Assembly (NCBI GenBank): GCA_913030945.1
Contig: CAJWEP010000003.1
Coordinates: forward strand, 1-48,053
Origin: an uncultured Verrucomicrobiota bacterium
GTDB taxonomy: Bacteria > Verrucomicrobiota > Verrucomicrobiia > Limisphaerales > UBA1096
Length of the DNA stretch: 48,053 nt
Direction: 5' to 3'
The notes under the pieces are model-generated. The model was not told the DNA's origin. It saw nothing but the letters and a program-made list of their open reading frames with translations, and did no database searches. Positions within the stretch are counted from its first letter, which is position 1, and every line of letters begins with the position of its first letter. The position numbers were made by a program, and so were the translations under genes. Shown here in pieces: positions 10,501-18,317 of the stretch.

Positions 10501-10742
10501 TGTTCCAGCCCCGGGATGCCGGCGAGCGCCGTCTCGAGCGGGAACGTCACCAACCGCTCGATGTCGCTCGTCGAAAACGCCGCGTGCTCGACGTTGATTT
10601 GCACCTGCTTGTTCGTGATGTCCGGCACGGCATCGATCGGCAGTTGCGACAACGACCACGCACCGAACACCGCCGCCACGAGCGTCAACGCCACCACCCA
10701 GTGACGCTGCTCGACAGAATATTTCAGGATTCGTTCAATCAT
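7548..10742 (-). CDS. czcA: CusA/CzcA family heavy-metal efflux RND transporter
   Basis: LPIDAVPDIT, NLMSLGAIDFGIIIDG, RLRPVLMTA, GAEVQRPLATVVIGG; 1064 aa. Confidence 0.93.
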   Translation of the reverse strand: MIERILKYSVEQRHWVVALTLVAAVFGAWSLSQLPIDAVPDITNKQVQINVEHAAFSTSDIERLVTFPLETALAGIPGLEHTRSISRNGFCQVTAVFDDAVDIYFARQQINERLTAARESLPAGIKPRMGPITTGLGEVLMWAVEFDPPALGQAGGFVTPGGERLTNEVQRLAYLRTVQDWIIRPQIKTVPLVADVDAIGGYVKQYHVLPRLGPLSAHGLTLNDLAAALERNNLSLGAGYIERDGSAALVRASSRLGGSAAIADVLVKQSNGTPVRVGDVADVTLGGEMRLGSASVDGHEAVVGTAMMLTGANSRDVAKAAAEQLEEVRRSLPPGIAVRPVLDRSRLVNATIDTVAHNLFYGAALVIAVLFGLLGNLRAAFLTALTIPLSMLLAAAGMHRAGISGNLMSLGAIDFGIIIDGSVIIVENCLRRLADRQRELGRLLTLSERLGVVRAASHEVRRPFVFGVGIITVVYLPVLALTGIEGKLFHPMALTVIFALAGAFVLSLTFVPAMVALAINGRVAESDNALMRTARRGYAPVLEFALRRRGVVLGAASAILLGAGVVFANLGQVFVPQLDEGDIAMHAMRIPGTGIEQSTRMQLEVERAVAMLPELPEVELVFSKTGTADLAADTMPPSVSDTLIIFKPRAEWPEPRLAKRAPEGEISIESKVRDAVAPLVGNKYEFSQPIEMRFHELIAGVRGDLAVKVFGENPAELRRTAEKIAAVMNDVPGAADVKVEQTTGLPELTVRPRPGILARYGLDAAAVVASVNIAIGGRAAGQVFDGDRRFDIVVRLPEAKRKQAATLAALPILLPGGANESAALPPVLPLGELAEVVQTEGPFQVSRENSKRRVVAQCNVRGRDLAGFVSEVRERVNSDVELPAGVWLDWGGQFENLTAARQRLAVVVPVCFVLIFLLLHATFGAVRPALLVFTAVPLALTGGVAALALRGLPFSISAAVGFIALSGVAVLNGLVLVTFINQLRDQGRPLGEAIREGALTRLRPVLMTALVASLGFVPMALATGTGAEVQRPLATVVIGGILTATALTLVVLPALCQRVLKGSE

Positions 10743-10754
10743 GAAGACTCCCTT

Positions 10755-11996
10755 TTAGTGCGAGTGGTCGTGCCCAGCCATGGCCTTGCCCAACTCGGCC
10801 TTGAGCAGGAAACCGCCTCGAACGACGAGCGCCTCGCCGTCCACCAAGCCACGCTTCACCGGCCTCCAGTCGTCGACCTCGGGGCCAACCGCCACCTCTC
10901 GCGCCTCGAACGTGTTCGCCTCGCCCGGCACCGGCACGAACACCACCGGCTGCCCGCCGATGTCCTGCACGGCCTTGGCCGGGACGGCGACCGATCGCTC
11001 AGCAGCGGCACCCGCCGGCAGCTTGGCCGCGACAAACATTCCGGGTCGCCATGAACCATCCCGATTGGCCACGACCGCCCGCGCCCGAACCGTGCGCGCG
11101 CCCGGCGTAGCCACCGGACTGACGTAATCGAGCGCGGCCGTGGCACTCCGACCGGTCGCCGGATCAGTCAGCGTCACGGACTGGCCCGCTTTCAACGCGG
11201 CGGCCCGCGCGGGCGACACCTCCGCAATCAGCCAGAGTTCACCCAGCCCGGCCACGACGAAAAGGTGCGACTGCTCCGGGCTAACCGTTTCGCCCAACGT
11301 GACGCCGCGCTCGACCACCGTGCCGCCGATCGGCGCGCGCACCTCGGCTTGAGGACGGATCACCCCGGTCTCCTCGAGCCGCGCGATGTCGGGCTGGGTC
11401 ATGCCGAACAATTGCAGCCGATTGCGTCCGCCGGCTTGGGTGGCCCGGGCCGACTTGAGCCGGGCCTCAGCAGCACTAAGGACGACCTCCCGTTGTTGTA
11501 CATCCGCCCGCGAGACCGCCTCGGCGGCGGCCAGTTCCCTGCCGGATTGAAAATACTGCTCCGCAGTTTGAAACCCTGTCGTGGCGGCGGCCAGTTCGGC
11601 GAGTTTGGCCAAATGATCGTTCTGCGCCGCGCCAAGCTCGGCGCTCTCGATGACGAACAACAATTCGCCCGCAGCAACCGAATCGCCGACGCCCTTGGCC
11701 AAGCGCGACACGCGGCCGCTCACCAGTGTGCCGACGTGCGCCAAGGCGTCCTCGTTGTAAGCCAGCCGCGCCGGGGCTGAAAACGTCTCACGCAACGCGC
11801 GCTGTTCCGCTTGGCCAAGCGCGATGCCGTGATGCTCGATGGCGGCGGCAGAGAGGACGATCTCATCCATGTGCGGCTCATCGGGTGAATCATGGCCGTG
11901 GCCGTGATCGCCGTGTGAATGGTCGTGTGCGTCGCCGCAGCCAACCAGCCAAAAAGCCAGCGCGCCGATGGTTGAAAAGGTGAAGATGGATTTCAT
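10755..11996 (-). CDS. czcB: CzcB-like periplasmic adaptor (membrane fusion protein) with lipobox and His-rich termini
   Basis: LVGC lipobox, HDHSHGDHGHGH, RAPIGGTV, RPGMFV, C-terminal GHDHSH. Confidence 0.88.
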   Translation of the reverse strand: MKSIFTFSTIGALAFWLVGCGDAHDHSHGDHGHGHDSPDEPHMDEIVLSAAAIEHHGIALGQAEQRALRETFSAPARLAYNEDALAHVGTLVSGRVSRLAKGVGDSVAAGELLFVIESAELGAAQNDHLAKLAELAAATTGFQTAEQYFQSGRELAAAEAVSRADVQQREVVLSAAEARLKSARATQAGGRNRLQLFGMTQPDIARLEETGVIRPQAEVRAPIGGTVVERGVTLGETVSPEQSHLFVVAGLGELWLIAEVSPARAAALKAGQSVTLTDPATGRSATAALDYVSPVATPGARTVRARAVVANRDGSWRPGMFVAAKLPAGAAAERSVAVPAKAVQDIGGQPVVFVPVPGEANTFEAREVAVGPEVDDWRPVKRGLVDGEALVVRGGFLLKAELGKAMAGHDHSH

Positions 11997-13336
11997 TGTT
12001 TTTCTTTTGTTGTTTTTGTTTTGAAAATGGCCGCCGCACCTCCCGAGGCACGGCGGAGTTCGGTCGAGGCGTGTGCCGCCCGGAGCTCCAGTTGGACAGC
12101 CCGTAATTGAGCTTTTTGCAGGTCGAGCTCGGCCAGCAGCAGCGGCGTGATTCCCGACTGGCCGCTCTCGTAAATAGTGCGGGCCAGGTCCACCCGCTGC
12201 TGCTGAAGCGGCGTCAACTGCCCGCGAGCCTGCGCGGCGACAGCGGCGAGCTTGGCCTGCGCAGCGTGCGCCTGCCGGACTTCCTGCACGGTTTGCCGCA
12301 CGGTTTGCGTGAGCCGATGCCGCGCGGCGAGCGCCAAGGCGCGGGCCTTGCCACGGCGCGCCTGCCCCCAGTCGAACAACGGCAGCGGCACGGCCAATGA
12401 CGGGCCAAGCGACCAGTCGCCTTCCCGCTCAGCGTCCAGGCCGGCAGCGCTACTCTCGATCAACGCCAAGCGGGCGAGCGCGCGGCCGTCCTCGAGCGCG
12501 GCCAGTTGCCAGCGGTCGGCCAGAATCTCCGGTCGGTTTCGGAGAGCAGCAGCCAGCCACTGCGCTTCCGACCCGGCGTGTGCGGCAACCGGCAACGGCG
12601 TAGTTTGCGGCCAATCCGCGTCGCCGGAGGGCTGGCCAAGCAATCGGGCGAGAGTGAGTCGTTCGCGAGTCAGACTCAGGCGGCGATCCTGCAAATCGAT
12701 GCGGGTTTCGGCGCGGCGCGCCTCGAGTGCGGCGACGTCCAGCCGTGTGCCCTCGCCGGCGGTGAGTCGGTGTCGGGCGATTTGCAACAGCCGGTCGATG
12801 TGGCTGTCGCCCTGTTCAAGCAGCGCCACCTCCCGCCGAAGCGCATTGGCGGTGTGGTAACTTTTTTCCATGTCGGCAATGACGTTGAGCGCCGCGGCGA
12901 CCGCCCGGGCGCCGGCGGCGCGGAGCCGGTTGTCGGCGGCGCGAATGCGGCGGGGCGCCAGCAGCGCAGCGGCAAGGTCCGCTGCCAAGCCGGTTTCCGT
13001 CACGGGGCTGCCGCCACCCTTCGGGTAGCGGAACACTATACTCAACACCGGATTGGGAGGGAGCCTCGACTGCCGCGCATCGGCCTGCGCAGCGCGAACT
13101 TCGGCCAAGGCGGCCTGCAGCGTCGGCGATTGGCGCACCGCCCGCTCAATGGCAGCGGGAAGGTCGAGCGCATTGCCGATCGGCGGCGCGTCCGTCGGGA
13201 GCGCCTCGGCGCGGAACTGGACGGCGTTGGCCAAGCCGGCGGCGGCACGGATATCCGGCCCCGGGGGAGTGGCGCAACTCACGCCCAGCCCGAGGCCAAG
13301 CGCGCAAAAAAAGTAACGAGTTTTCTTGAACAACAT
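11993..13336 (-). CDS. czcC: TolC/CzcC-type outer membrane efflux protein
   Basis: GVSC lipobox, PPNPVLS, VPLPLFDWGQ; overlaps czcB start. Confidence 0.85.
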   Translation of the reverse strand: MLFKKTRYFFCALGLGLGVSCATPPGPDIRAAAGLANAVQFRAEALPTDAPPIGNALDLPAAIERAVRQSPTLQAALAEVRAAQADARQSRLPPNPVLSIVFRYPKGGGSPVTETGLAADLAAALLAPRRIRAADNRLRAAGARAVAAALNVIADMEKSYHTANALRREVALLEQGDSHIDRLLQIARHRLTAGEGTRLDVAALEARRAETRIDLQDRRLSLTRERLTLARLLGQPSGDADWPQTTPLPVAAHAGSEAQWLAAALRNRPEILADRWQLAALEDGRALARLALIESSAAGLDAEREGDWSLGPSLAVPLPLFDWGQARRGKARALALAARHRLTQTVRQTVQEVRQAHAAQAKLAAVAAQARGQLTPLQQQRVDLARTIYESGQSGITPLLLAELDLQKAQLRAVQLELRAAHASTELRRASGGAAAIFKTKTTKEKQ

Positions 13337-13407
13337 ATTTTTGAGATAAAAAAGGACACAGCACGACTGCGGACAGTCGCCAAAACGAAGTGGAGCCGGA
13401 CGGCTCT

Positions 13408-13803
13408 TTAAGCGAGAAGTGAGGGGGCGCGGCCAGGGATGGCGGCGCGCGTGATGAAGGCCCAGCGCTTGGCCAAGCCCGGAGGGGCGCGACTGCTCAT
13501 CGGGATGCAGCGTTCCGTCGATGCGGGGATGGTGAGGCGAAAGACATGCTCCCAGGCGAGAGCCGCGTCGAAGTTGAAATCGTAATCAACCGGCTTGCTG
13601 AAGTTGTAGTCGCCGGACTCGATAGCCGTGCATACATCGCACTCGTTGTGCTCGTCACGGGATTGCTGATCACCGTCGTGCTGATGCTCCGATTCGCAGC
13701 AGAATTCCGGGAGCCAGCCCGCGGTGCCCAGCAGGCAATGGGAGGTCGCCGGCAGCCAGATGGCCGCCAGAAACCATACCACGATGAGCCGAAATAACTT
13801 CAC
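13408..13803 (-). CDS. Small exported Cys/His-rich leader protein with CxxC and RAPP/RAPS motifs (DUF2946/CruR/CutF-like)
   Basis: Hydrophobic N-terminus, SHC, CC, HQH, CDVC, RAPP and terminal RAPS; about 71 bp upstream of czcC on the same strand; GTG start 13803 inferred. Confidence 0.75.
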   Translation of the reverse strand: MKLFRLIVVWFLAAIWLPATSHCLLGTAGWLPEFCCESEHQHDGDQQSRDEHNECDVCTAIESGDYNFSKPVDYDFNFDAALAWEHVFRLTIPASTERCIPMSSRAPPGLAKRWAFITRAAIPGRAPSLLA

Positions 13804-13908
13804 CAGGTGGCGAAACAACTCCACGTAACCGCGCCTGTCAAGGACGTAACACTTTGATGGTGCAAACAAGCTCTGTGAGATAAATTGTGCATTTACAGGA
13901 AAAAGCCC

Positions 13909-13936
13909 TTGTCATGCAAATTTTTCTTGGTAATTT
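13909..13936 (+). promoter_or_regulatory. Putative sigma70-type promoter of rpmE-prfA
   Basis: TTGTCA-N16-TAATTT with extended -10 TG, in an AT-rich divergent spacer. Confidence 0.4.
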
Positions 13937-13950
13937 GCTCGCCCTTTTTG

Positions 13951-14199
13951 ATGAAGGCAGACTTACATCCGGAATATGTGGAATCGACGATTCGTTGCGC
14001 CTGTGGCAATGAAATCAAGACGCGATCCACCAAGCCCACCATGCTCATCGGCATTTGCAACGAGTGCCATCCGTTCTACACCGGCCAGCAGAAATTCGTC
14101 GACACCGCCGGTCGGGTCGACAAGTTCCAGCAGCGCATGGCGAAGACCAAGGCCGCCAGGGAGGCTGCCGACAAGAAGCGTAAAAAGAAGAGCCTTTAG
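13951..14199 (+). CDS. rpmE: 50S ribosomal protein L31 (Zn-binding C+ type)
   Basis: [12 protein letters not shown]...[19 protein letters not shown]. Confidence 0.97.
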   Translation: MKADLHPEYVESTIRCACGNEIKTRSTKPTMLIGICNECHPFYTGQQKFVDTAGRVDKFQQRMAKTKAAREAADKKRKKKSL

Positions 14200-14268
14200 G
14201 CAGCTTTCAGCAGTTCGCCCGCGGCAGAGAAACGGTTTTCTCCCGCGGGCGTTCGCTGTATTTGGAGT

Positions 14269-15345
14269 GTGAATCTTCAACCCCACATCAAGCAGTTCTG
14301 CAAACGCCAGGACGAACTGGAAAGCGCCCTCAGCACCCCCGCTGTGGCCAGCGACAACAGGCAGCTCCTCGAGTTAACCCGCGAATACTCGCGGATGAAG
14401 AAACTGGCCGAATTGGGCAAGCGCTACCTCAAGCTGCTTGCCGACATCGACGCCAGCAGGCAGTTGATCCAGGCCGAGCCGGCCGACTCGGAACTGGCAG
14501 AACTGGCCAAGGAGGAACTGCCCGCGCTCGAGGCGGAGCAGGCCAAGCTCGGGCTCGAGTTGCAGTATGGCATCATCCCGCCGAATCCGACCGACTCGCG
14601 CGACACGATCGTTGAGATTCGCGCCGGCGCCGGGGGCGCGGAGTCGGCCCTGTTCTGCGCCGACCTGCACCGCATGTACGTCCGTTTTGCCGAGTCGCAG
14701 GGCTGGAAGGTCGAGTCGATGGATGCCAGCGCGTCCGACCTCGGCGGCTTCAAGGAGGTCATTTTCGGTATCAAGGGACAGGACGTGTTCAGGAAGCTGA
14801 AATTCGAGAGCGGCGTCCACCGTGTGCAGCGCGTACCGGCCACCGAGACGCAAGGCCGCGTGCACACAAGCACCGTCACCGTCGCCGTGCTGCCCGAGGC
14901 GGAGGATGTCGACATCGAGATCAAGCCGGACGATTTGGAGATCAACGTCTGCCGCGCCTCCGGCCCCGGTGGCCAGGGGGTGAACACCACCGACTCCGCG
15001 GTACAGATCCAGCACAAGCCAAGCGGCATGATTGTCCGCTGCATGGACGGGCGTTCACAGCAGAAAAACAAGGAACAGGCGATGAAGGTACTGCGGTCTC
15101 GGTTGCTCGAGCAAAAGATCGCCGAGGAACACGCCAAGTACGCCGCCGAGCGCAAGTCGCAGATTGGCACCGGCGAACGTAACGAGCGCATCCGCACCTA
15201 CAATTTCTCGCAGAACCGCGTGACCGACCACCGCATCGACCTCACGCTGTACAATCTGCCAACGTTCATCGAGGGCGAAATCGATGAGGTCGTTTCAGCC
15301 CTCCTCGCCAACGACCTCCAAGAGCGCTTGGCCGACCTCGAGTGA
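14269..15345 (+). CDS. prfA: Peptide chain release factor 1
   Basis: GGQ motif (GPGGQGVNTTDSA), PAT specificity loop (RVPATE), RIRTYNF. Confidence 0.97.
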   Translation: MNLQPHIKQFCKRQDELESALSTPAVASDNRQLLELTREYSRMKKLAELGKRYLKLLADIDASRQLIQAEPADSELAELAKEELPALEAEQAKLGLELQYGIIPPNPTDSRDTIVEIRAGAGGAESALFCADLHRMYVRFAESQGWKVESMDASASDLGGFKEVIFGIKGQDVFRKLKFESGVHRVQRVPATETQGRVHTSTVTVAVLPEAEDVDIEIKPDDLEINVCRASGPGGQGVNTTDSAVQIQHKPSGMIVRCMDGRSQQKNKEQAMKVLRSRLLEQKIAEEHAKYAAERKSQIGTGERNERIRTYNFSQNRVTDHRIDLTLYNLPTFIEGEIDEVVSALLANDLQERLADLE

Positions 15346-15355
15346 CCAAAATTTT

Positions 15356-15934
15356 ATGCAACCTGAAGGACTGATATTCGACTGTGACGGAACGATCGTC
15401 GACACCATGCCGATCCACTACGCGGCCTGGTGCACCACCACGTCCAAGCATGGGCTCGTGTTTCCCGAGGACCGGTTTTATGCGCTCGGCGGCGTCTCAC
15501 CGTTCGAGGTGCTTCGAATGCTCTCCCAGGAGCAAGGCATCGAGATCGACGCCAAGGCGGTGACGCACGAGAAGGAGGCCAAGTACATGGAACTGATCAG
15601 CGACGCCAAGGAGATTCCCGAGATCATGCAGATCGTCCGCGAGAGCCACGGCAACATCCCGATGGCCATCGCCTCCGGCGGCACGCACGAGACCGTCGAG
15701 GGCATCCTGCAACACTGCGGCATCCGGCACTACTTCGACGCCATCGTCACCAGCCAGGATGTGGAAAATCCTAAGCCGGCGCCGGACACGTTTCTCGAGG
15801 CCGCGCGGCGGATCAATGTTGCACCGGAAAAGTGCCGGGCGTATGAAGACGCGGACATGGGCATCAAGGCGATCCTCGCCGCCAGCATGGAGCCGGTCGA
15901 TGTCCGCGACATACTCGCCGCCGCCAGACGCTGA
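15356..15934 (+). CDS. HAD-IA phosphatase (YqaB/beta-phosphoglucomutase-like)
   Basis: LIFDCDGTIVDTMP, ASGG, KPAPD, YED motifs. Confidence 0.88.
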   Translation: MQPEGLIFDCDGTIVDTMPIHYAAWCTTTSKHGLVFPEDRFYALGGVSPFEVLRMLSQEQGIEIDAKAVTHEKEAKYMELISDAKEIPEIMQIVRESHGNIPMAIASGGTHETVEGILQHCGIRHYFDAIVTSQDVENPKPAPDTFLEAARRINVAPEKCRAYEDADMGIKAILAASMEPVDVRDILAAARR

Positions 15935-15965
15935 CCCAGCGCTTGGCCAAGCAGCCTAATGATCC

Positions 15966-17207
15966 ATGAAAGGACTCCCCGGCTTTCGCGATTTTTACCC
16001 GGAACCGATTCCCACCGCGGACTCGTGGAGCCTCGATCTGCGCCGACATATCTTCGACACCTGGCGCGGCACCGCCGAGCGCTACGGCTTCCGCGAATAC
16101 GACGGCCCGCCGATCGAGGAACTCGAGCTTTACACCAAGAAGAGCGGCGACGAGATCGTCGGACAGCTGTACAACTTCACCGACAAGGGCAGCCGCAACG
16201 TCTCGCTGCGGCCGGAGATGACCCCCACCCTTGCTCGGATGGCCGCCGCGCATACGCGTAACTACAAGAAACCGATCAAGTGGTTCTCCATCCCCCAACT
16301 CTTTCGCTACGAGCGGCAGCAGAAGGGGCGACTGCGTGAACACTTCCAACTCAACGCCGACATCATCGGCGAGGAAAACCTGGCCGCCGACGCCGAGTTG
16401 ATCGCCCTGCTCATCGACACCCTGCGCAACCTCAAACTGACGAGCGACGACTTCGTCGTACGCCTCAGCAGCCGCCACGCCTGGCAGGACTTTTTCGAAA
16501 ACAGCAGCGCACATGAAAAGGATGTGTGTGACTTTTACCAGATCATCGACAAGCTCGACCGCGAAGACCCGATCGTCTCCGGCGAAAAGTTGGCCAAGCT
16601 CGGTTTCTCCCTCGAGCAGGTGAACGACTTCATCGAGAGCGGCCAAGCGACCGACGAACTCGCCGCCATCATCGGCAACATCGAGGCACGCGGCTTGGGC
16701 GACTTCATCAAGGTCGACTACCAGATCATCCGCGGCCTGGCGTACTACACCGGGCCGGTGTACGAGGCGTTCGACAAGCGGGGCAAATTCCGAGCCATAG
16801 CCGGCGGAGGCCGCTACGATCACCTCGTCAAGCTCGTCTCCGGTGGAAAAACGGATTTACCCGCGCTTGGTTTCGGCATGGGCGATGTCGTGCTTGCCGA
16901 GCTACTCAAGGATCGCGGCCTCGTTCCTCCCCTTGGCCAAGCGCTCGACGCCTTCGTGCAAATCACCGACGAGTCGCTGCGCAACGCCTCGCTTAGCCTC
17001 GTCCAGCAACTTCGCCAAGCCGGACAAGCCACCGAGTATCCACTGCTCAGGGCCAAGCCGGACAAGCAACTCAAGCGCGCCCTTGAGCTAAAAGCCAAGT
17101 GGCTCGTCACCCTCGACAACGCCAACCAAGCCCACATCAAAAACCTAGGAACCCGCGAGGAACAAACCGTCCCATTGGTTGACGTAGCCTCCGCTTTGCA
17201 GGACTAA
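15966..17207 (+). CDS. hisS: Histidine--tRNA ligase
   Basis: LRPEMTP, FRYERQQKGRLREHFQ, RGLAYYTG, GGGRYD. Confidence 0.96.
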   Translation: MKGLPGFRDFYPEPIPTADSWSLDLRRHIFDTWRGTAERYGFREYDGPPIEELELYTKKSGDEIVGQLYNFTDKGSRNVSLRPEMTPTLARMAAAHTRNYKKPIKWFSIPQLFRYERQQKGRLREHFQLNADIIGEENLAADAELIALLIDTLRNLKLTSDDFVVRLSSRHAWQDFFENSSAHEKDVCDFYQIIDKLDREDPIVSGEKLAKLGFSLEQVNDFIESGQATDELAAIIGNIEARGLGDFIKVDYQIIRGLAYYTGPVYEAFDKRGKFRAIAGGGRYDHLVKLVSGGKTDLPALGFGMGDVVLAELLKDRGLVPPLGQALDAFVQITDESLRNASLSLVQQLRQAGQATEYPLLRAKPDKQLKRALELKAKWLVTLDNANQAHIKNLGTREEQTVPLVDVASALQD

Positions 17208-17277
17208 TCCACCGCGAATTCTGCTCTGGACATTTGCAAGGTGTGGGGCAATATTCTTCCCACCAATCGTTGTACCG

Positions 17278-17709
17278 ATGAATGCCCGGGAAATACTCAA
17301 GGACCGTCAGGGAATCGTCCGATCCATCGCGCCCGATGCCACGGTGTTCGAAGCTGTGGAAGCGATGGACAAATTCAAAGTGGGCGCACTGATGGTGATC
17401 GATAAGAGCAAACTGGTAGGCATCATCTCCGAGCGAGACTATACGCGAAAAGTCATGCTCAAGGATCGTTCCTCCAAGTCCACCAAGGTCTCACACATCA
17501 TGACGCACAAGTTGGCCCAAGTGGGGCCGGAAGCCAGCATCGAAAAATGCATGGACATCATGGGCAAAAGCCGGATTCGCCATCTGCCGGTGGTTGAGAA
17601 AGGGAAAGTGCTAGGCGTCATTTCATCCACCGACCTGCTGCTGCTGACGGTTTCGGAAAAGGACCACATCATCGAGCAGCTCGAGCGCTACATCGCGCCC
17701 GGGTTTTAG
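17278..17709 (+). CDS. CBS domain pair protein
   Basis: VGIISERDY, IRHLPVV. Confidence 0.9.
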   Translation: MNAREILKDRQGIVRSIAPDATVFEAVEAMDKFKVGALMVIDKSKLVGIISERDYTRKVMLKDRSSKSTKVSHIMTHKLAQVGPEASIEKCMDIMGKSRIRHLPVVEKGKVLGVISSTDLLLLTVSEKDHIIEQLERYIAPGF

Positions 17710-17727
17710 CAACCGCTGGGCCAAGCG

Positions 17728-18162
17728 CTACCTGCTGCGCTTGGCCTTGGGTGACTTGGTCTTTTTTTCTGGCCTAGCCTTGGGCTCGTAATGGGCTGTA
17801 AATGCCTCATCAAAATCGTAACCGCCAACAAAGTCCTCCCGGGTGTCCTTCTCGGTCTTGGCTAGGAGATTGTTCTCGACGAGGTTGAACACGATCTCGC
17901 CGAAATCCTCGGTGGAATGGATGCCCCACTCGTTGAGCAGCAGCTTGGCCATCGGCCCGTAGGTCTCAATCGCAAACTGACGCATGCCGTCGGTCAACTC
18001 CCGCCCGGTGACATGCCGCGGCTCCTTCGCGCCGGACATCTTGGCCATCTTGTGCTGGGTGAAATCGAGTCCCTCGCGCACAAAATGGTAGGCCTCATGC
18101 GGATACCGGTTGTCCTTCGCCAGGATCGTCTCCAGCACTTCGTTGTAGTCGAACTGTTGCAT
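17728..18162 (-). CDS. Minf_1886 family (TIGR04138-like, Verrucomicrobia/Planctomycetes-restricted) protein
   Basis: DNRY...AYHFVREGL, RHVTGREL, WGIHSTEDFGEIVFNLV pattern recognised from memory. Confidence 0.85.
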   Translation of the reverse strand: MQQFDYNEVLETILAKDNRYPHEAYHFVREGLDFTQHKMAKMSGAKEPRHVTGRELTDGMRQFAIETYGPMAKLLLNEWGIHSTEDFGEIVFNLVENNLLAKTEKDTREDFVGGYDFDEAFTAHYEPKARPEKKTKSPKAKRSR

Positions 18163-18317
18163 CAGTTTTCAGACCGTCCGGGCGACGGTTCGGTTGGCTT
18201 GAGTATGCATGATTTCACTCCCCACCCGATAAGCAGGAGCAATGCCACCGCGCAGATCATTTTCTGCTCCTTCGGTGTGAGGTGATTCCGGGCGATGTTG
18301 GAGGGCGAAAATTTCAC
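18162..18317 (-). CDS. Small single-TM protein, 51 aa (below the ORF-track cutoff)
   Basis: [51 protein letters not shown]; GTG overlaps leuS stop (GTGA) and its TGA overlaps the next ATG (TGATG). Confidence 0.7.
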   Translation of the reverse strand: MKFSPSNIARNHLTPKEQKMICAVALLLLIGWGVKSCILKPTEPSPGRSEN

